Shown here piece after piece: positions 62,551-64,000 of a DNA stretch of 64,000 bases; the stretch's first letter is position 1; the number at the start of each line of letters is the position of its first letter. The DNA is from Octopus bimaculoides. Lineage: Eukaryota. Both the position numbers and the translations under genes were made by a program. The stretch covers positions 130,266,321-130,330,320 of the forward strand of contig NC_068982.1 of NCBI RefSeq assembly GCF_001194135.2, given 5' to 3'. Below the pieces are notes generated by a model. The model made no database searches and had not been told where the DNA came from. It was given only the letters and a program-made list of their open reading frames with translations.

Positions 62551-63399
62551 ACCATTACTCATTGAGTCTCATTTTGGAATACACATGTGTGATATCTTTT
62601 TATCAACATTCCACCAACTGATTCAACCTTAAAAAAATATATTGTATTGTTCTATTCAGACTAGGTTTTATGTTATCAGCTGAAACTTTTTTATTTTACT
62701 ATCAATCTCTTACCTACATAAGTTATCTGCATATGCATGATTATATTTTCTTTCGACAAATGGATTTTCAGTGATCTTATCTTAAATGGTTTAATACAAG
62801 CATATCTGAGAAATTCTAGCAGGCAAATGTTGGAAGGCATTTTGCTGGTGAATGTGAACTCAAAAGTTTCAACACCTGGCAAATGTTTCTTTACCTTCAT
62901 TTCCTGTTTGTCTTTGTTCACATACTTATGTTTAATACATACTAATGTATTCTTTAAACTGCCATTACTCATTAATAAATTACCTGTCTGTCTGTCTGTC
63001 TTTCTATATATTCACAGGTTTGGTTGAACAAAGACGATAAATAGAACTCAATACCCAAATGTATGTATGTATGTATGTATGTATGTATTATGTACTTTAA
63101 CTACAGCATTAGAGCTTTTTAGCTTTTATTTCTAGCAATGTACATGCTCTAACACCCTAGTCATGTTTAGTGACAATTATAGTTTTCCTTTTTGGTAAAC
63201 ATTGCACACAGCTGTCTACACACACCCACACACGCATGCACACACACGCACACACACACATGGTGCATTCCAGATTTGAACCTTTTTTTAAGAGGGACAG
63301 TTATAACTGTCGTAGAATAGTGTGACTTTTGCATATCATTACTATACATCTAATATGTTGACCTGCCAACTTTTCTTATAAGGAGACAGGTTTAACAGC

Positions 63400-63655
63400 A
63401 CTTTGAACATACCCTATTAAACACTGTTAGTCATAGCTGAATAGTTTGCAGAATGCCATCAAGACGTGAAGACAATTTGAAAGCTCACTATGCAATAAAG
63501 TTTTGTGTTAAACTGGGCTTAAAACATTACAGAAACTTATGAAATACTTCAGATTCCTTATGGATTAACTTGTATGAACTGGCCATCTGCTTTTCACTGG
63601 CACAAGAGGCCAGGCAAAGCAAGTCTACTAGAAAGCTCGTGATGATCCCCTGTTT
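63400..63655 (+). mobile_element. Mariner transposase N-terminal fragment
   Basis: From 63451: MPSRREDNLKAHYAIKFCVKLG..TETYEILQIPYG..CMNWPSAFHWHKR, with one frameshift. Confidence 0.72.
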
Positions 63656-64000
63656 CAACAGCAAGGACACCATCTACATCCACTGGTTTCTCTTGACCAG
63701 ATGGTCAGCAAAGAACACTTAGTGGAGGTTTTGAGGGAGTTCAGGAAGAAATTTTGTTGCAGAAGGCCAGAGCACCAATACTGTAGAGAAGCTATATGGC
63801 TACTCACTTTTAGGAGAGAAAGAGAGTGAGAATAAACTAGAGGTATATCCAAAGAGATAAACAGTGGACAAGGTGGCACTACAGGGAGCAGGAGGTGTAG
63901 TAGCTTGGAGAAATGGGAGTGTGCAAGAATGTGTGCGTGTGGGTGTGTGGGGTAAGATAGAGGTAGTGAGAGAGTGAGGTAAGCAGCATCTATAAGGATG

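Noticed and set aside
63656-64000. GA-rich segment possibly from a Penelope-like N-terminus (minus strand)
   Set aside because: Similarity is too weak to support by eye, and it is cut by the window edge.
60722-64000. Search for upstream multiplexin exons (more COL, N-terminal LamG/TSPN domain)
   Set aside because: No in-frame AG/GT-bounded coding segment found. The 5' part of the gene lies outside the window.

Overview
AT-rich animal genomic DNA with very dense microsatellites and nine N-gaps. The SINE/LINE families look octopus-like; this is inferred, not proven. The whole window lies inside the 3' two-thirds of one minus-strand multiplexin (collagen XV/XVIII-type) gene. I rebuilt it by hand from GT-AG exons: 12 interrupted Gly-X-Y collagen exons (60721 down to 40412), the NC1 trimerisation-domain exon (39096-38968), short hinge exons spread over about 34 kb, and three endostatin exons ending at TGA 1923-1925. 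This gives about 730-750 aa; the N-terminal domain lies beyond position 64000. The introns are filled with RTE-clade LINEs (one family with a PHD finger, one with C2H2 fingers), R4/Dong-like restriction-endonuclease LINE fragments sitting in microsatellites, a decayed Penelope-like element, several mariner relics and tRNA-derived SINEs. Best leads: (i) frame-preserving NC1 microexons, one resembling its neighbour exon and two preceded by UGCAUG; (ii) an inverted LINE pair bracketing three in-frame collagen exons (circRNA, skipping or editing substrate); (iii) an endostatin domain lacking the known zinc and heparin-binding residues; (iv) a possible spliced antisense transcript over the 3' end. 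No prokaryotic features, CRISPR arrays, rRNA or true tRNA genes were seen.
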